From NCBI RefSeq assembly GCF_009914755.1, contig NC_060938.1: DNA of 64,000 nucleotides, one strand, 5' to 3'. The stretch is from the human T2T-CHM13v2.0 reference genome, Homo sapiens. Below, one piece after another: positions 39,696 to 54,857 of the stretch; position 1 is the stretch's first letter; each line of letters starts with the position of its first letter. The position numbers were made by a program, and so were the translations under genes. The notes below the pieces were generated by a model that ran no database searches, was not told the origin of the DNA, and was given only the letters and a program-made list of their open reading frames with translations.

Positions 39696-40825
39696 GTGAG
39701 AGCCAGACGGGCACTGGGTGACTCTGTGCCTCGCTGAGGAAAAATAACTAAACAGGGGTAAAGGAGATCCTAAGAAGCCAAGAGACAGAATGTCATCATA
39801 TGCATTTTTTGTGCAAAGTTGTCGGGAGGAGCATAAGCACCACCACTCAGATGCTTCAGTAAACTTCTCAAAGAGTTTTCTAAGAAGTGCTCAGGGAAAT
39901 GGAAGACCATGTCTGCTAAAGAGAAAGGAAAATTTGAAAATATGGCAAAGGCGGACAAGGTCCATTATGAAAGAGAAATGAAAACCTATATTCCTCCTAA
40001 ACAGGAGACAAAAAAGAAGTTCAAGGATCCCAATGCACCCAAGAGGCCTCCCTTCAGCCTGAGTACTGCCCAAAAATCAAAGGGAGAACATCCTGGCCAG
40101 TCTACTGGTGATGTTGCAAAGAAACTGGGAGAGATGCGGACTAACAGTGCTGCAGATGACAAATGGCCTTATGAAAAGAAGGCTGCAAAGCTGAAGGAAA
40201 AATACAGAAAGGATACTGCTGTATATCGAGCTAAAGGAAAGCCTGATGCAGCGAAAAAGGGAGATGTCAAGGCTGAAAAAAGCAAGAAAAGGAAGAATGA
40301 GAAAGATGAAGAGGATGAGGAAGAGGATGAGGAGGAAGATGAAGAGGATGACGATAATGAATATGCTGATAATGAATACACTGGTTTTAGTGGTTTTGTC
40401 TATAAAACATTTAACTCCCCTGTACACAACTCACTCTTTTTAAAGTAAAAAATTGAAATGTAAGGCTGTGTAAAATGTTTTAAACTGTACAGTGTCTTTT
40501 TTTGTATAGTTAACACACTACCAAATGTGTCTTTAGATAGTCCTGTCCTGGTGGTATTTTCAGTAGCCACTAACCTTGCCTGGTACAGTATGGGGGTTGT
40601 AAATTGCCATGGAAATTTAAAGCAGGTTCTTGTTGGTGCACAGCACAAATTAGTTATATACGGGGATGGTAGTTTTTTCATCTTCAGTCGTCTCTGATGT
40701 GGCTTATACGAAATAATTGTTCTCTTAACTGAATACCACTCTGCAATTGCAAAAAAAAAAAAAGTTGCAGCTGTTTTGTTAACACTGTGAATGCTTCTAA
40801 GTAAATACTTTTATTAGAAAAAAAT
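39696..40825 (+). pseudogene. HMGB1P14: HMGB1 processed pseudogene (probably HMGB1P14)
   Basis: Intronless copy with the HMGB1 5'UTR (...gaggaaaaataactaaac) and the ATG mutated to AGG at 39754. HMG box A is frameshifted; box B, the acidic tail, the 3'UTR and an A-rich tail follow. Direct repeat aaggtgtcaa at 39686-39695 and 40826-40835. The pseudogene number is from memory. Confidence 0.9.
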
Positions 40826-41204
40826 AAGGTGTCAAAAGAGATAAAAAGTGAACCAATAAAAACATACACATAACCACACATTCATTAAAAACTCAGAATG
40901 TTGTAAACTGATGCACAAATGTTAGGTTTTTAAATATACTGATTTTTTCCTGAATCTGAACACAGGTATCTTTTTAACTCAAAGCTAGCACTACAATGGA
41001 AAAACTTTTAAGTACATATTTAAATCAAATCAAAGACTGTCTTGATAAATATAAAAAAATAGCTCAAATTTCATAAGCTCACATACCATCCCAAAAGGAA
41101 AACTCCAAAAAAGTTAGGTTTCATAAAAGCAGACTAAAAAGTGGAATCAACAAGAAAAAGTATGTATATTTAATATTGTGATTGGTATGTAATTGATAAT
41201 GTAA

Positions 41205-41402
<198 letters not shown>

Positions 41403-41405
41403 TGA

Positions 41406-41726
<321 letters not shown>

Positions 41727-42236
41727 TAGTAGAGATGCGGTTTCTCCATGTTGGTCAGGCTGGTCTCAAACTCCCAATCTCACGCCCGCCTCAGCCTCCC
41801 AAAGTGCTGTGCCTGGGCAATAAAACATTTTTTTAAAAGTCTTGGGAAAAAAGGCAGTGGAGGTGGGGTGGGAGGGTGATGATGGTAGCAGATCCATAGG
41901 AGGCTAACTGGTGAAATCCAGCTCCTTCTCCAGGGTTAGCTCAAAAGTCCACCTACTGCATGTTTTGACGTAATTATTAAAAGTAATTTCTTATACTGAA
42001 CATTTTGTTGAAATAAAAATGATTTATAAAAACAAGACACTTAACACCTTTACCTGGATTTCAGATAAAGAATCTTGGCTAAACATTCATGTTCCATAAA
42101 AATATCTGTTCCCTCTAGACATTATTTTAAAAATAAACTAAAACAGAATACACAAAAATTAGTACACTCCGGAAGAGGGGAAAAAGAAAGATATTTCACT
42201 CTATTCCATTTGAGCCCTTTTAAAACATACATATAT

Positions 42237-43435
42237 GAAGGGACTTCAAAAAATTTGTGGAAAAACAATTAAATGATAAAAAACATAAAGTTTACTTCTC
42301 AACGTAAGTTCCACCAAATCAAGACACTTTTGTAAGCAATAATACCAGTCATTCAGTCCATTCCTAAAGAACTGAGGGTCCTGGGAATTTAGCTATGTCA
42401 ATGCAGTCTTTTTTACATTAACAGAAGAAAAATGGGTGCCCTTAAAAAAAATTGGTAAGATTAGGAATCGAAGTCAGAAGGAGCCAAATCAGGGCTGCAA
42501 GGTAGATGCCTCATATTTTCCCATCAAAATTCTTACAAAACTGCCCTAGTTTGATGAAGGGCCTTGGCTGCATTGTTGGGGTAGAGTACGTTTTGGTGAA
42601 GCTCTCTCAGGCGTTTTTCTGCTAAAGCTTTGGCTAATTTTTTTCAACAAAATACTCTCATAAGCAGATGTTATCGTTCTTTGGCCCTCCAGAAAGTCAA
42701 CAAGCAAAACGATTTGAGCATTCCAAAAACCTGTTTTGCCTTGACCTTTGCTCTTGACCAGCCTGCTTTTGCTTTGACTGGACCACTTCCACCTCTTGGT
42801 AGCCATTGCTTTGACTGTGCTTTGTCTTCAAAAGTGTACTAGTAAAGCCATGTTCTATCTCTTGTTACAATTTTTCAAAGAAATCCTTTAGGGTCTTGAT
42901 CACACTTGTTTAAATTTCCATTGAAAGCTTTGCTCTTGTCTTCAGCTGATCTGGGTGTACAGTTGTGGCATCCAATGAGTGGAAAGTTTGCTCAAATTTA
43001 ATTTTCCATCAAAATTGTGTAAGCTGAACCAATTGAGATGTTGGCATAAACAAGATTAACTTTTCCCTTGCAAATCGATGTGACTGGTCTGCTGCTGCAG
43101 GCTTCATCTAAAACTTTGCTTCGTCTTAAACTAGTTATGCATTTGTAAACTGCTACTGATTTCTTTGGGGCATTGTCCCCATAAACTATTTGTAAAGTAT
43201 CAATGATTTCACCATTCTTCCACATCACAACTTTCACCATCAATTTGATGTTTGTCCTTGCTACAATTTTAGCAGAATTGATTTTGCCTTGATAGGGACT
43301 CTTTGCAAACTGATGTCCTATCCTTCTTAGTGCCTCAAACTAGATCCTGTTCAGACATGTTATAACAAGTTAGTATGAGTTTATTTTGGTGCAAGAAAAT
43401 TTATGTTCTCACAAAACTATATTTTTTTCAATAAT
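42237..43435 (-). mobile_element. Hsmar2 mariner DNA transposon fossil (internally deleted)
   Basis: ORF 42998-43243 (WKNGEIIDTLQIVYGDNAPKKS..VYK...SRPVTSIC) matches the Hsmar2 transposase HTH region. TIR-like gaagggacttcaaaaaatttgtggaaaa at about 42237. Confidence 0.9.
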
Positions 43436-45800
43436 GAAAAACAAATCTCTCCTTAATTTGAGAAGCATCTGGTTTTCCTGAACTTATTTTTTCTTAATTC
43501 AAGTTGAACTAAAGTATCAGTTACACTTAAGTCTAATAGAATGGAATTAAAAGTCACAATGTAGAAACAATGTAGGGTTTGGGACAATGCCTTGTCCCAA
43601 TTAGGGAACCCGCAAAGATTTTGACAAAATGAAGAATAAATGCTTACTGGACATTTCAAGCTCTAACTAGCATGTTTAAAACAGATTTCATCATCTTTAC
43701 CAACCAGTGGCTTTTCTTGACTTGCCAAATCAGTGAATGGTACTGCTCATTCCCTCTTTCTTAAATCTTGAGTATGTTTCATTTTCTTTCTTCTTCACCT
43801 CTATAATCAGAGATCAAATGCTGTCAAGTTTTCCTCCCCCCACCAAAACAATTCCTTGCTCACCTATTCCTTTCTCTCTCCAGTTCCTACTCTAGTTTCA
43901 TCTCATGCTGATACCACTTCAACAGTATCTTGTCTCCCTACTTCCAATTCCTGTGTCATTTCTTCAGTTACAATGGGCATTGTTTCTAAATAATTTTCCA
44001 ACACTGTATTTTGTTTATGACATGCCTTTCTGTGCCTATTCAAAAACTCTCAGCAAAAGTAACTAAAATTAAAAGGGAAATCTGTATGGAAAAATATGTG
44101 CAGCAAGTTACCACTATAATAAACTCAATCAATTAAGAAATAAAACATCAAGATTCTAATACATAATTAGAAATGTGAATAGACAACCTGTAAAAGAATC
44201 AGTAAGTGAAATCACAGAACAAGGTCCCATTTCACTAATTCACAACAAAAACACTATAAAGAAAAAAAGAGCTCAATGTATTTTGCACCTATTAAATTAG
44301 TAAAAATGAAAATTATAGACTATTTAATGCCACTAGCTAAACTCACAGGGAGGGTGATAGTGTAAATTATAACCAGCTTGAAAAACAACACAGCAATGTT
44401 TCAGGAGTCATAAAAATGTTCATACAACGACTCTTTAAATGTACTCCTAAAAGAACAGTCCAAAAGAGAAAATACTGTATGCATGCAGAAGATACCTGAA
44501 GCACAATACTGAAGCACTATGAAACTTACAGTCATGCAATAGAAAAATGAAAAGGATAAAAAAGCTTGATGGAATATTTTCAGACATTAAAATCATTATA
44601 GAGACTGTCCATTACACTGAATGCTTGTTATAATGTTAAAGGAGCAAAGAAAACCAAAAACTACCCTAAGACTAAAGAAAATACATACAGACAAGGAGGA
44701 AGGAAATTTTAAAAATCTCTTAGAGTGGCATTAAAAGTGATTTCTTTTTTCTTTTGAGACAGTCTCACTCTGTTGCCCAGGCTGGAGTGCAGTGGTCCAA
44801 TCCTGGCTCACTGCAACCTCCACCTCCCAGGTTCTCCTGCCTCAGCCTCCCGAGTAGCTAGGATTACAGTCACGTGCCACCACGCCAGGCTAAATTTCGT
44901 AGTTTTAGTAGAAATGAGGTTTCACAATGTTGGCCAGGCTGGTCTCAAACTCCTGGCCTCAAGCCATCTGCCCACCTTGGCCTTCCAAAGTGCTGGGATT
45001 ACAGGTGTGAGCCACCATGCATGGCTGCATTTTATTTTGTTTAGTTCCATTATAATTTGTAAAACTTGAAATAAGACAAGACAAAAATAATGGTCAATTT
45101 CTGCTTACTCCCAATCTTCCAAGACCCTCTAGAACCCTGTAACACCCCATTGGACTCTGATGTGCAGCTAACCCTAGAAACAGGGGTAGGTTGGCCACAC
45201 AATTTTCCCTAATCTTCAGCCAATCATCCTTTCTGACCTGGTTTACCCTCTGTCCCAAATACATATTTCCTTGTATTCTTGCTCACAACCTTTCATCCAA
45301 TTAGAATGTCTTCTCTCCTTCTAATTTTACACATTATATCTCACTATCCTTGAAAAGCCTTTAATAACCATTATAAATTTCTTTCTGCTCTGCTTTCTAA
45401 AGCAATTTGTCTCTTTTAAAAGAACCACTAGATCTGATTGTATACAGAACTTTGACAAATCTATTATCAGGAGCCATGTAAGTCTATAAATAAGGTTATA
45501 TAGATTGCTTAAATATTTTGAAATAACTACTTAGATTAACTTTCCACATGTGTAATTACATTCTCCCTTTTATTGACCTTAAGCTTCTGGAGCACAGATC
45601 CTTGTAGGAAAGCCATTATGTAACTCATATTTGCTTGAATCTGAATCCTAAAATACGCTGTCATTCCAGTTTGAATTATACGAACCATTATCTATGACTC
45701 CATGTGGCCATAAAATCAGCAGATAAATCTGACACGGTGCCGGGCGCAGTGGCTCATCCCTGTTAATCCCAGCACTTTGGGAGACGAGGCGGGTGAATCA

Positions 45801-46132
<332 letters not shown>

Positions 46133-46293
46133 TTAGGAAAGCTGCTACATTCAACACAGCAATCATTTCCACTTCTCAATATATACTCGTGTACAGAAAC
46201 AACTGCACAGTTGAACAAATTCTATGTTTTTTTTTTTTTTGAGACGGAGTCTCACTCTTGCTGCCCAGGCTAGAGTGCAGTGGCACGATCTAA

Positions 46294-46401
<108 letters not shown>

Positions 46402-47286
46402 TAGTACAGACAGGGTTTCACCTTGTTGGTCAGGCTGGTCTCGAACTCCTGACATTAGGTGATCCACCCACCTCTGCCTCCCAAAATGCTGGGATTTCAG
46501 GCGTTTTAGCCACCATGCCCGGTTATCATTTTTCAAAAGATACACAGATACACACACACACACACACACGAGCAACATGACCAGTCTTGATTACCTAAGA
46601 GTTAACTAAGTAAAATTACTTACCACAAACAGATCGCAGATCCAGGTTTCTCAAACTGGAGCATCTGCTTAATTTTCCCATAAAATCAGTCTTATTCTAA
46701 AAGACAAAAGACTTGTTAAAAATTTTGAGTATGTGATAGCTCAGACGTTCAGAATACAGACTGTTGATGAAAAAAAAAACCACACACACAAATTTGCTTC
46801 CTTCCTAAACACTCTCATTGATAAGACTGGTTAAAAAAAAAAATCACACACATGTTCATGGTGTTCTGTGATAAAAATATCAAGTCCTTAAAACTGGAAA
46901 CCACACGAATGGGCACACAAATCCGTAAGAATGTGCTAACTTTGAGATTTCCAACTAAAATACCACATTGGGAAGATAATTATGTATTATCGTTCAAACT
47001 CTTATCAAAGAAATAAAACATTCTTCAATATAGCCTTATGTCACAGAAACATTAAAAAGTTGGTAATTATGATTCCTATTAGTTTGGGCTCATTTAACTA
47101 ACAGGTTACAAAAATACAATTACCTCATAATTTCATTCATTTATACCCAAAACATTGCCTGGTAATTACTAATATTCATCTATAGTTACCATTAAGATAT
47201 TATAAAATACTTAAAAAGGGATTGGAGAATAAAAAGAGGTCTGAAGAAACTAACACTCCGATACATTCTTTACTTTTTAAATTTTT

Positions 47287-47378
47287 AAATGGAATGCTTC
47301 TTATGTCATCCTTGCACAGGGGCCATGCTAATCTCCGTATGGTTCCAATTTTAGTAGGTGAGCTGCCAAAGCGAGCAT
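47287..47378 (-). pseudogene. U6 snRNA retropseudogene
   Basis: Minus strand reads tgctcgctttggcagc..actaaaattggaac..attagcatggcccctgtgcaaggatgac..gaagcattccat. The ACAGAGA box is disrupted. A-rich tail present, and an 11-bp direct repeat ga(t/c)acattctt at 47260-47270 and 47379-47389. Confidence 0.92.
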
Positions 47379-48219
47379 GACACATTCTTAATGGTCCTCT
47401 AAATCTACATTTTATTAGCAATTACAAATCAATTTGGTATTAAGCTAAGTATCTGGAATATTTTAAAATTTTAAGGTTAAGACAGCATCTGTGAAACATT
47501 AATTTTCAAGAAAGAATTATTGTTATGTTGAAAAAACAAGCCTGAGCAACTAACAAAACCCCATCTCTACCAAAAAAAAAAAAAAAGTTTTAGCGGGGCC
47601 TGATGGCACACACCTGTAGTCCCAACTGTTCAGGAGGCATGAGTTTGAGGCTGCAATGAGCTATGATCATGCCATTGCATTCCAGCCTGGGTGACAGAGT
47701 AAGATCCTGTCTCAAAAACAAAACAAACCCGAACAACAACAACAAAAAACCTAAGAAAATGAAAGATGTTAAGTTGGCTTATTTCACATTTTGTATACAA
47801 ACGTGCATACAGATTTAGAAGAAGTATCTGCAACAGAGCACCTATCAGGTGGGGGAACCTAACAGTGATTAAATAAAACAGTTGCTGCTTTCTGGGAACA
47901 GAGTTTCAAATTTGGGAAGAGTCAAACAAATGCAAAGAAGCACACGTACAGGGGGTCTTATCAGGCTACAAAAGCACTGAGAATGAATACACACAAGAAG
48001 GGGAAACTTTAGAGAAGACTACAGGGAAACACAAAGTAGTTAAACACAACTAACCTTGAAAATAATTTGTTAGTATTCCTAAACATCACTTTTGTGTAGC
48101 AAAATGTTTCACTGTACAAATGCTCACCTAAAGTGAAAAAAAAAAAAAAAGTGGAAAAAAAAAATCACTCCTAGGGTCCAAGAAAAATTCTCATATATTT
48201 TATGGTATGTGTAACTTAA

Positions 48220-48405
<186 letters not shown>

Positions 48406-49131
48406 TAGTAGAGACGGGGTTTCTCCATGTTGGTCAGGCTGGTCTTGAACTCTCGACCTCAGGTGATCCACCCGCCTCGGCCTCCCAAGGTGCTGAGATT
48501 ACAGGCATGAGCCACCACGCCCAGCCGATTATTTCTACTTGAAGAAAGAGAGGTCCAGGATAAAATGTTCAGAAATGAAGCTAAAGACAGACCAGAAATT
48601 TTTTGGGGGGGGCGGGGCAGTAATAAAAAGGACAACAAATCTAAGTGCAGTTAAGAAAAAAAAGCTTTCTAATGGACTATACAAGCATCCCTAGCCTTAA
48701 ATACATAATCTATTCATATATATATACATACACATATACACACACACACACACCTATATATTTGAGATGAAGTCTGTCACCCAGGCTGGAGTTCAGTGGC
48801 ACAATCATGGTTCACTGGAGCCTTGATCTCCTGGACTCAGGTGATCATCCCACCTCAGCCTCTTGATTAGCGGGGAACACAGGTGCACGCCACCACGCTG
48901 GCTGATTTCTTGCACTGTTTGTAGAGATGAGGTTTCACCATGTTGTCCCAAACTCCTGGGCTCAAGCCATCTGCTCACCTCGGTCTCCCAAAGTGCTGGG
49001 ATTACAGGCTTCAGCCACCACACCAGGCCTTCAGCCTTATATTTCCACTTCTGGGAGTTTATTCCAAAAATAATCAGGGATGTGAAAGAAGATTTAGATG
49101 CCCAGAAATTTCAGCATCTAAAATTCATCAT

Positions 49132-50991
<1,860 letters not shown>

Positions 50992-51509
50992 TAGACACAA
51001 TATTTTGCAAAACATGTACAAGGATATTCACTGACATATTACTGCCATTATAGAAAAATAAACACGTTACATAAATTATGATATATTTATCCCACAAAAC
51101 ACTATGAAGACATAAAAGATGCTTTACGATAAGATATTTCCAATATTCCCAATGTTTTCTATAAAGAATAGACGGTAATGAACAACACTAGAATATTTGG
51201 TAAAACAAAACCAACAAAAAAGACAAAGCCTTTTGTATAATATATAACTATAGTGTAAACCGTAACTACCTTTTGGAGGAGGGAAGACATTTTTGTATTC
51301 TTCTTTGGGCTTTTTAATAATTTCCAAATGTCCATGCATTATTTGGATTCAATAATAACAGTTTAAACTTTGATCGTAGAATTATGGATGCTTACCCCCT
51401 AGAAAATTCAGTAATATATTGTTTTATAAGGTCTTTTAAAAAACTGCTTCACTCCTACGAGATTGCGCCACTGCACTCCAGCCTCGATGACAGAGAGAGA
51501 CTCTGTCTC

Positions 51510-51547
<38 letters not shown>

Positions 51548-53509
51548 CCTCACTCCTAAACACTCCCATTTACAAGATCTTTTCTATATAAGAACTTTTT
51601 AAATAGGCGGGTGGGGGGGAGGAAATCACAAAAATACGCATAATGTTTTATAACAAAAACATGAGGTATATCAAAGTCCAGAAATGAGAACCACGTAAAT
51701 GGGTAAACAAGTCCATAAGGATGTCCTAATTTTGGGATTTCATTCTAAAATATTACACTAGAAAGCTAATTATACAGACTCATTTGAATCTGACCAAACA
51801 AAACATCTTTTAACTACCCTTCCTCCCATTCTGGTATTTCTTTACTAATCCATAGAAAGTTTTTCCAGGTAGTCCCCCGCAATTCTAAGGATTTTTAGAC
51901 TTTATGACTCACCTCAGTAATCACTGAGATGTTCTGTTTTCTTCAGCACAACTGCCAAAAAACCCAGTAATTGTTAAGTCACACAATCATTTTCTAGTTA
52001 TGGGCGCCACCAATATAGCAGTAGGGTTTAAAACAGAGGTATTGAGGGTAACTATTAGGATCTATCCAGTGTGACTAGGTCACTCACTAGAAATGCCAAC
52101 ATGCATTTCACGTTTTTATGAATACTTTTGAGCAAAATTACTGTTACGAATAAAAAACTGATTCTGCTCGGCTGTTTTCTTACTGAGAAAATTTAGTCCA
52201 CGTGGATTACTGACGATATGTCACATTTTAAAAATTACTCCATTCTATAAAACTAGTCAATTTTATACTCCAATTCCGCTATTTAAAAATGTGTGTTTCG
52301 TTTAACAGAATATAAGATGTTAACAGAAAAAGATCAACGTCTATCTTATCGGGGACGTCCTTTTGTCTAAGATGTTTTCAGTCCCTGCAAAACCACTGTT
52401 TGCTTTCAAAAAGTAGCATAAGCCTCGTGCAGAGTGACAGACCCTTGTCTAAGGTCACAGAAGAAGCGTCTGCGCTGGCAAGTAAATTCCTCAGCATCCA
52501 GAAAGCCAGCGCTTTCTCCAGTTTCCTCATAGCTTTATCCCGTGAGGAGCACGCGGAAACCTCTACCCATGCAGGATGTTTCTAAGAACCACTTCTTCCC
52601 TGTCTTAACTAAGAAGGCTCCCACAGCTGGTGCCAATCAGGTGGAGAACATGGCAAGTCCCCGAAATGCACTTCCAAAGACAGGAAAGATTGCAGTGGGA
52701 CAGAACCCAGAAAATCTCTCACATTCTCGAAAACCCGAAAGAGAACCTCCAAGAAAGACGTTTGCCTCTCCTCCACCTCTTTATCTCGGCGGGAGAGGAA
52801 GCCTCGCCCCCATTCATCCCGCCCCTTCTCCCCACCCCGCCGCAGGGAGAAGTTTACCATGGCTGCCTGCGGCCCCTTCACTTCCGGTGCCGGTGCCGCT
52901 AGGGCTGCGCCATCCCCCCAGTCAATCGGACAACCATAGCCTCCAACTGACCTTTCTGACAGCTCTGAGACTCCTCCGGCCACGACTAGGTGCTGTCCTG
53001 GAGGAAACGGTGGAGGACGGCCGCACAAAAACCAATCTACCTGATGAAAACTCCGTTCCCTTCTCGCCAGAAACATAAAATGCGATGGAGCTACGGCCAC
53101 CGCTGCCGAGACAAAATGGCGCCGACAAGCTGGTTTAGCGCAAGCGCCTTGGACAGACCCTGCCCCGCCCCCGTGCAAGCCCCTGGCTGCAATTCTGGGT
53201 TCCGTTTCCATGGGACACTCCGCCGCCAATCCTCGTGTCGAACTGCTCTTCCTGACCCCTCAATTCACCAATCAGTGCCCAGTCAAGCACATCCGGAGTC
53301 GTCTCTACCAATCATTTCTCAGGACTTGCTTACTCAATAACCAACTCTCCAATAAAGTTGGTTTTCGGAAAAAGCCAATCATAAGTGGAAGATGTCCTAC
53401 CTGCTGTTTTTCTCACCAATCCATGAAGTTTCACAGCTACATCCAATGAGGACGGCAGGTAGCGAGGTCCTATCCGAAGCTCTTCGGCGTCATGAGCAGC
53501 CAATAGGAG

Positions 53510-53697
53510 TTCGTGTAGAAGCGAGTCTGCTCAACAGCTTGTTATTTGGTGGATTGTGGCAGTAAATCGGGGCGAGTGGGGAACCCGGCGCAGGAACTGC
53601 AGCCGCGGCTGGGAGTGGTGCTGCCCGGACGGGGGCCCACGGAGGTCAGAGGGGAGGAGGACTCTGGAGCTGACAGCGCGCACTTCACCCGCAGTTG
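53510..53697 (+). other. ARID4A: ARID4A non-coding exon 1 (5' start approximate)
   Basis: Lies downstream of the CCAAT array and ends at the donor TTG|gtaggt. The TSS cannot be determined from sequence alone. Confidence 0.6.
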
Positions 53698-54851
53698 GTA
53701 GGTGGGGAGAGGGGAATCCGGGGATACTGAATGGACGAAGTGGCAGTAGCAGCAGCTGCTGCTGCCCGAGGTCCCGGTGCAGTTGGAAGCTTTGGAGGTG
53801 GGGAGAGGGATGCTAGGCAAGTGGCACGGCGAGCGCAAGGGAAGGGGCCAGCCATTGACCAGCGGCAGCAACTGCAGGAACCGCCGCCGCAGTTGCAGCC
53901 GCCTCCTCGTCCGCTTCCTCGGGTTCCCGGGAAAATGGCTGTGGGGCTGGCCGCGCCGCTAAGTTTGCTTCCGCGCGGTGAAGAGCGGGCTGCTTGGGGG
54001 AGCCGTCCCCCAACTCCGCGGCGCGTCCACCTCTGCGGAGTCCGTGGCAGGACTCGAGGGGCTACGAGCTGATACCTCTCTGGGCTGTACAAAAAGTTGA
54101 GGCGGGCGCTGGGAGGAGGCAGCGGCTGCTGCGGTGCGGCTCCCCTCCCCTCCCACACCCTGTCCGGGCCACCTCCCCGCCCCCTCTCCTCCGCCCCCCG
54201 CCCCCTCCCCCACGCGGGTCCCCCGGGGCTCTGGCGGCTCCCGGCTGAAGGCCGCGGCCCCTGCCCCTTTGGGTGAAGGAGCGCTTCTCCTTTCTGACAT
54301 GGTGCAGAGCGAAGGAAGGAGAGCAATGGCGCCGTGACACTCCGCTGCCGCCACCGCGGGCCCGGGGCGGGCCGAGGGGGCCGAGCGGCGGAGGCGGGGC
54401 GCGGGCCGAAGTCGGGGTATCCGGGGGACCGCGGAGCGGAGGCTCGGCGGTCGTCTCCGCGGGGGACCTGGGGAAGCCCGAAGGGAGCTCTGGCCTTTTC
54501 CGGAGCTATCTGTCCTGGAGCTCCGAGTTGAGCATTCCGGGTCAAAGTGGCCAGCGAGGCGGGGGCGCGGTGGGCCGCTGGCGAGCTCCGGGGCGGAACG
54601 GGCTGCCCTTTGGCGCTCGTGGGGTTCTCGCTGCCCCCTCAGCTCCTGCGTCCTGGCTGCCCTCGTAAGGGGTCTTGTCCCTTGGCTGGTGAGGATTCTG
54701 CCCCTCCCCGCTGGCGTTTGTTTACTTTCTTTCCCTTGGTCGCTCCCCGCAGTTGACTGATTATGTCTGTGCCTGTCTTTCCCCCTCCCCATAGTTCTAG
54801 CGACTGCGAAGATAGCTCGCTGAGCTGGAACCCCACAGATCACCAACAAAA

Positions 54852-54857
54852 ATGAAG
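54852..54857 (+). CDS. ARID4A: ARID4A exon 2 coding part (MK); exon about 54795-54857
   Basis: catag|TTCTAG...caaaaATGAAG|gtaagt, with A at -3. Confidence 0.9.

Noticed and set aside
40077-40427. Hydrophobic and poly-Ser minus-strand ORFs
   Set aside because: They are antisense readings of the HMGB1 acidic-tail repeat.
53742-53766. ggcagtagcagcagctgctgctgcc near-palindrome
   Set aside because: A short CAG/CTG inversion common in GC-rich promoters, with no further support.
52542-54849. Long ORFs (178-296 aa) on both strands in the CpG island
   Set aside because: GC-rich sequence is depleted of stop codons. The peptides are low-complexity Arg/Pro/Gly/Ala and cross splice donors. Only 53076-53041 is retained as a candidate.
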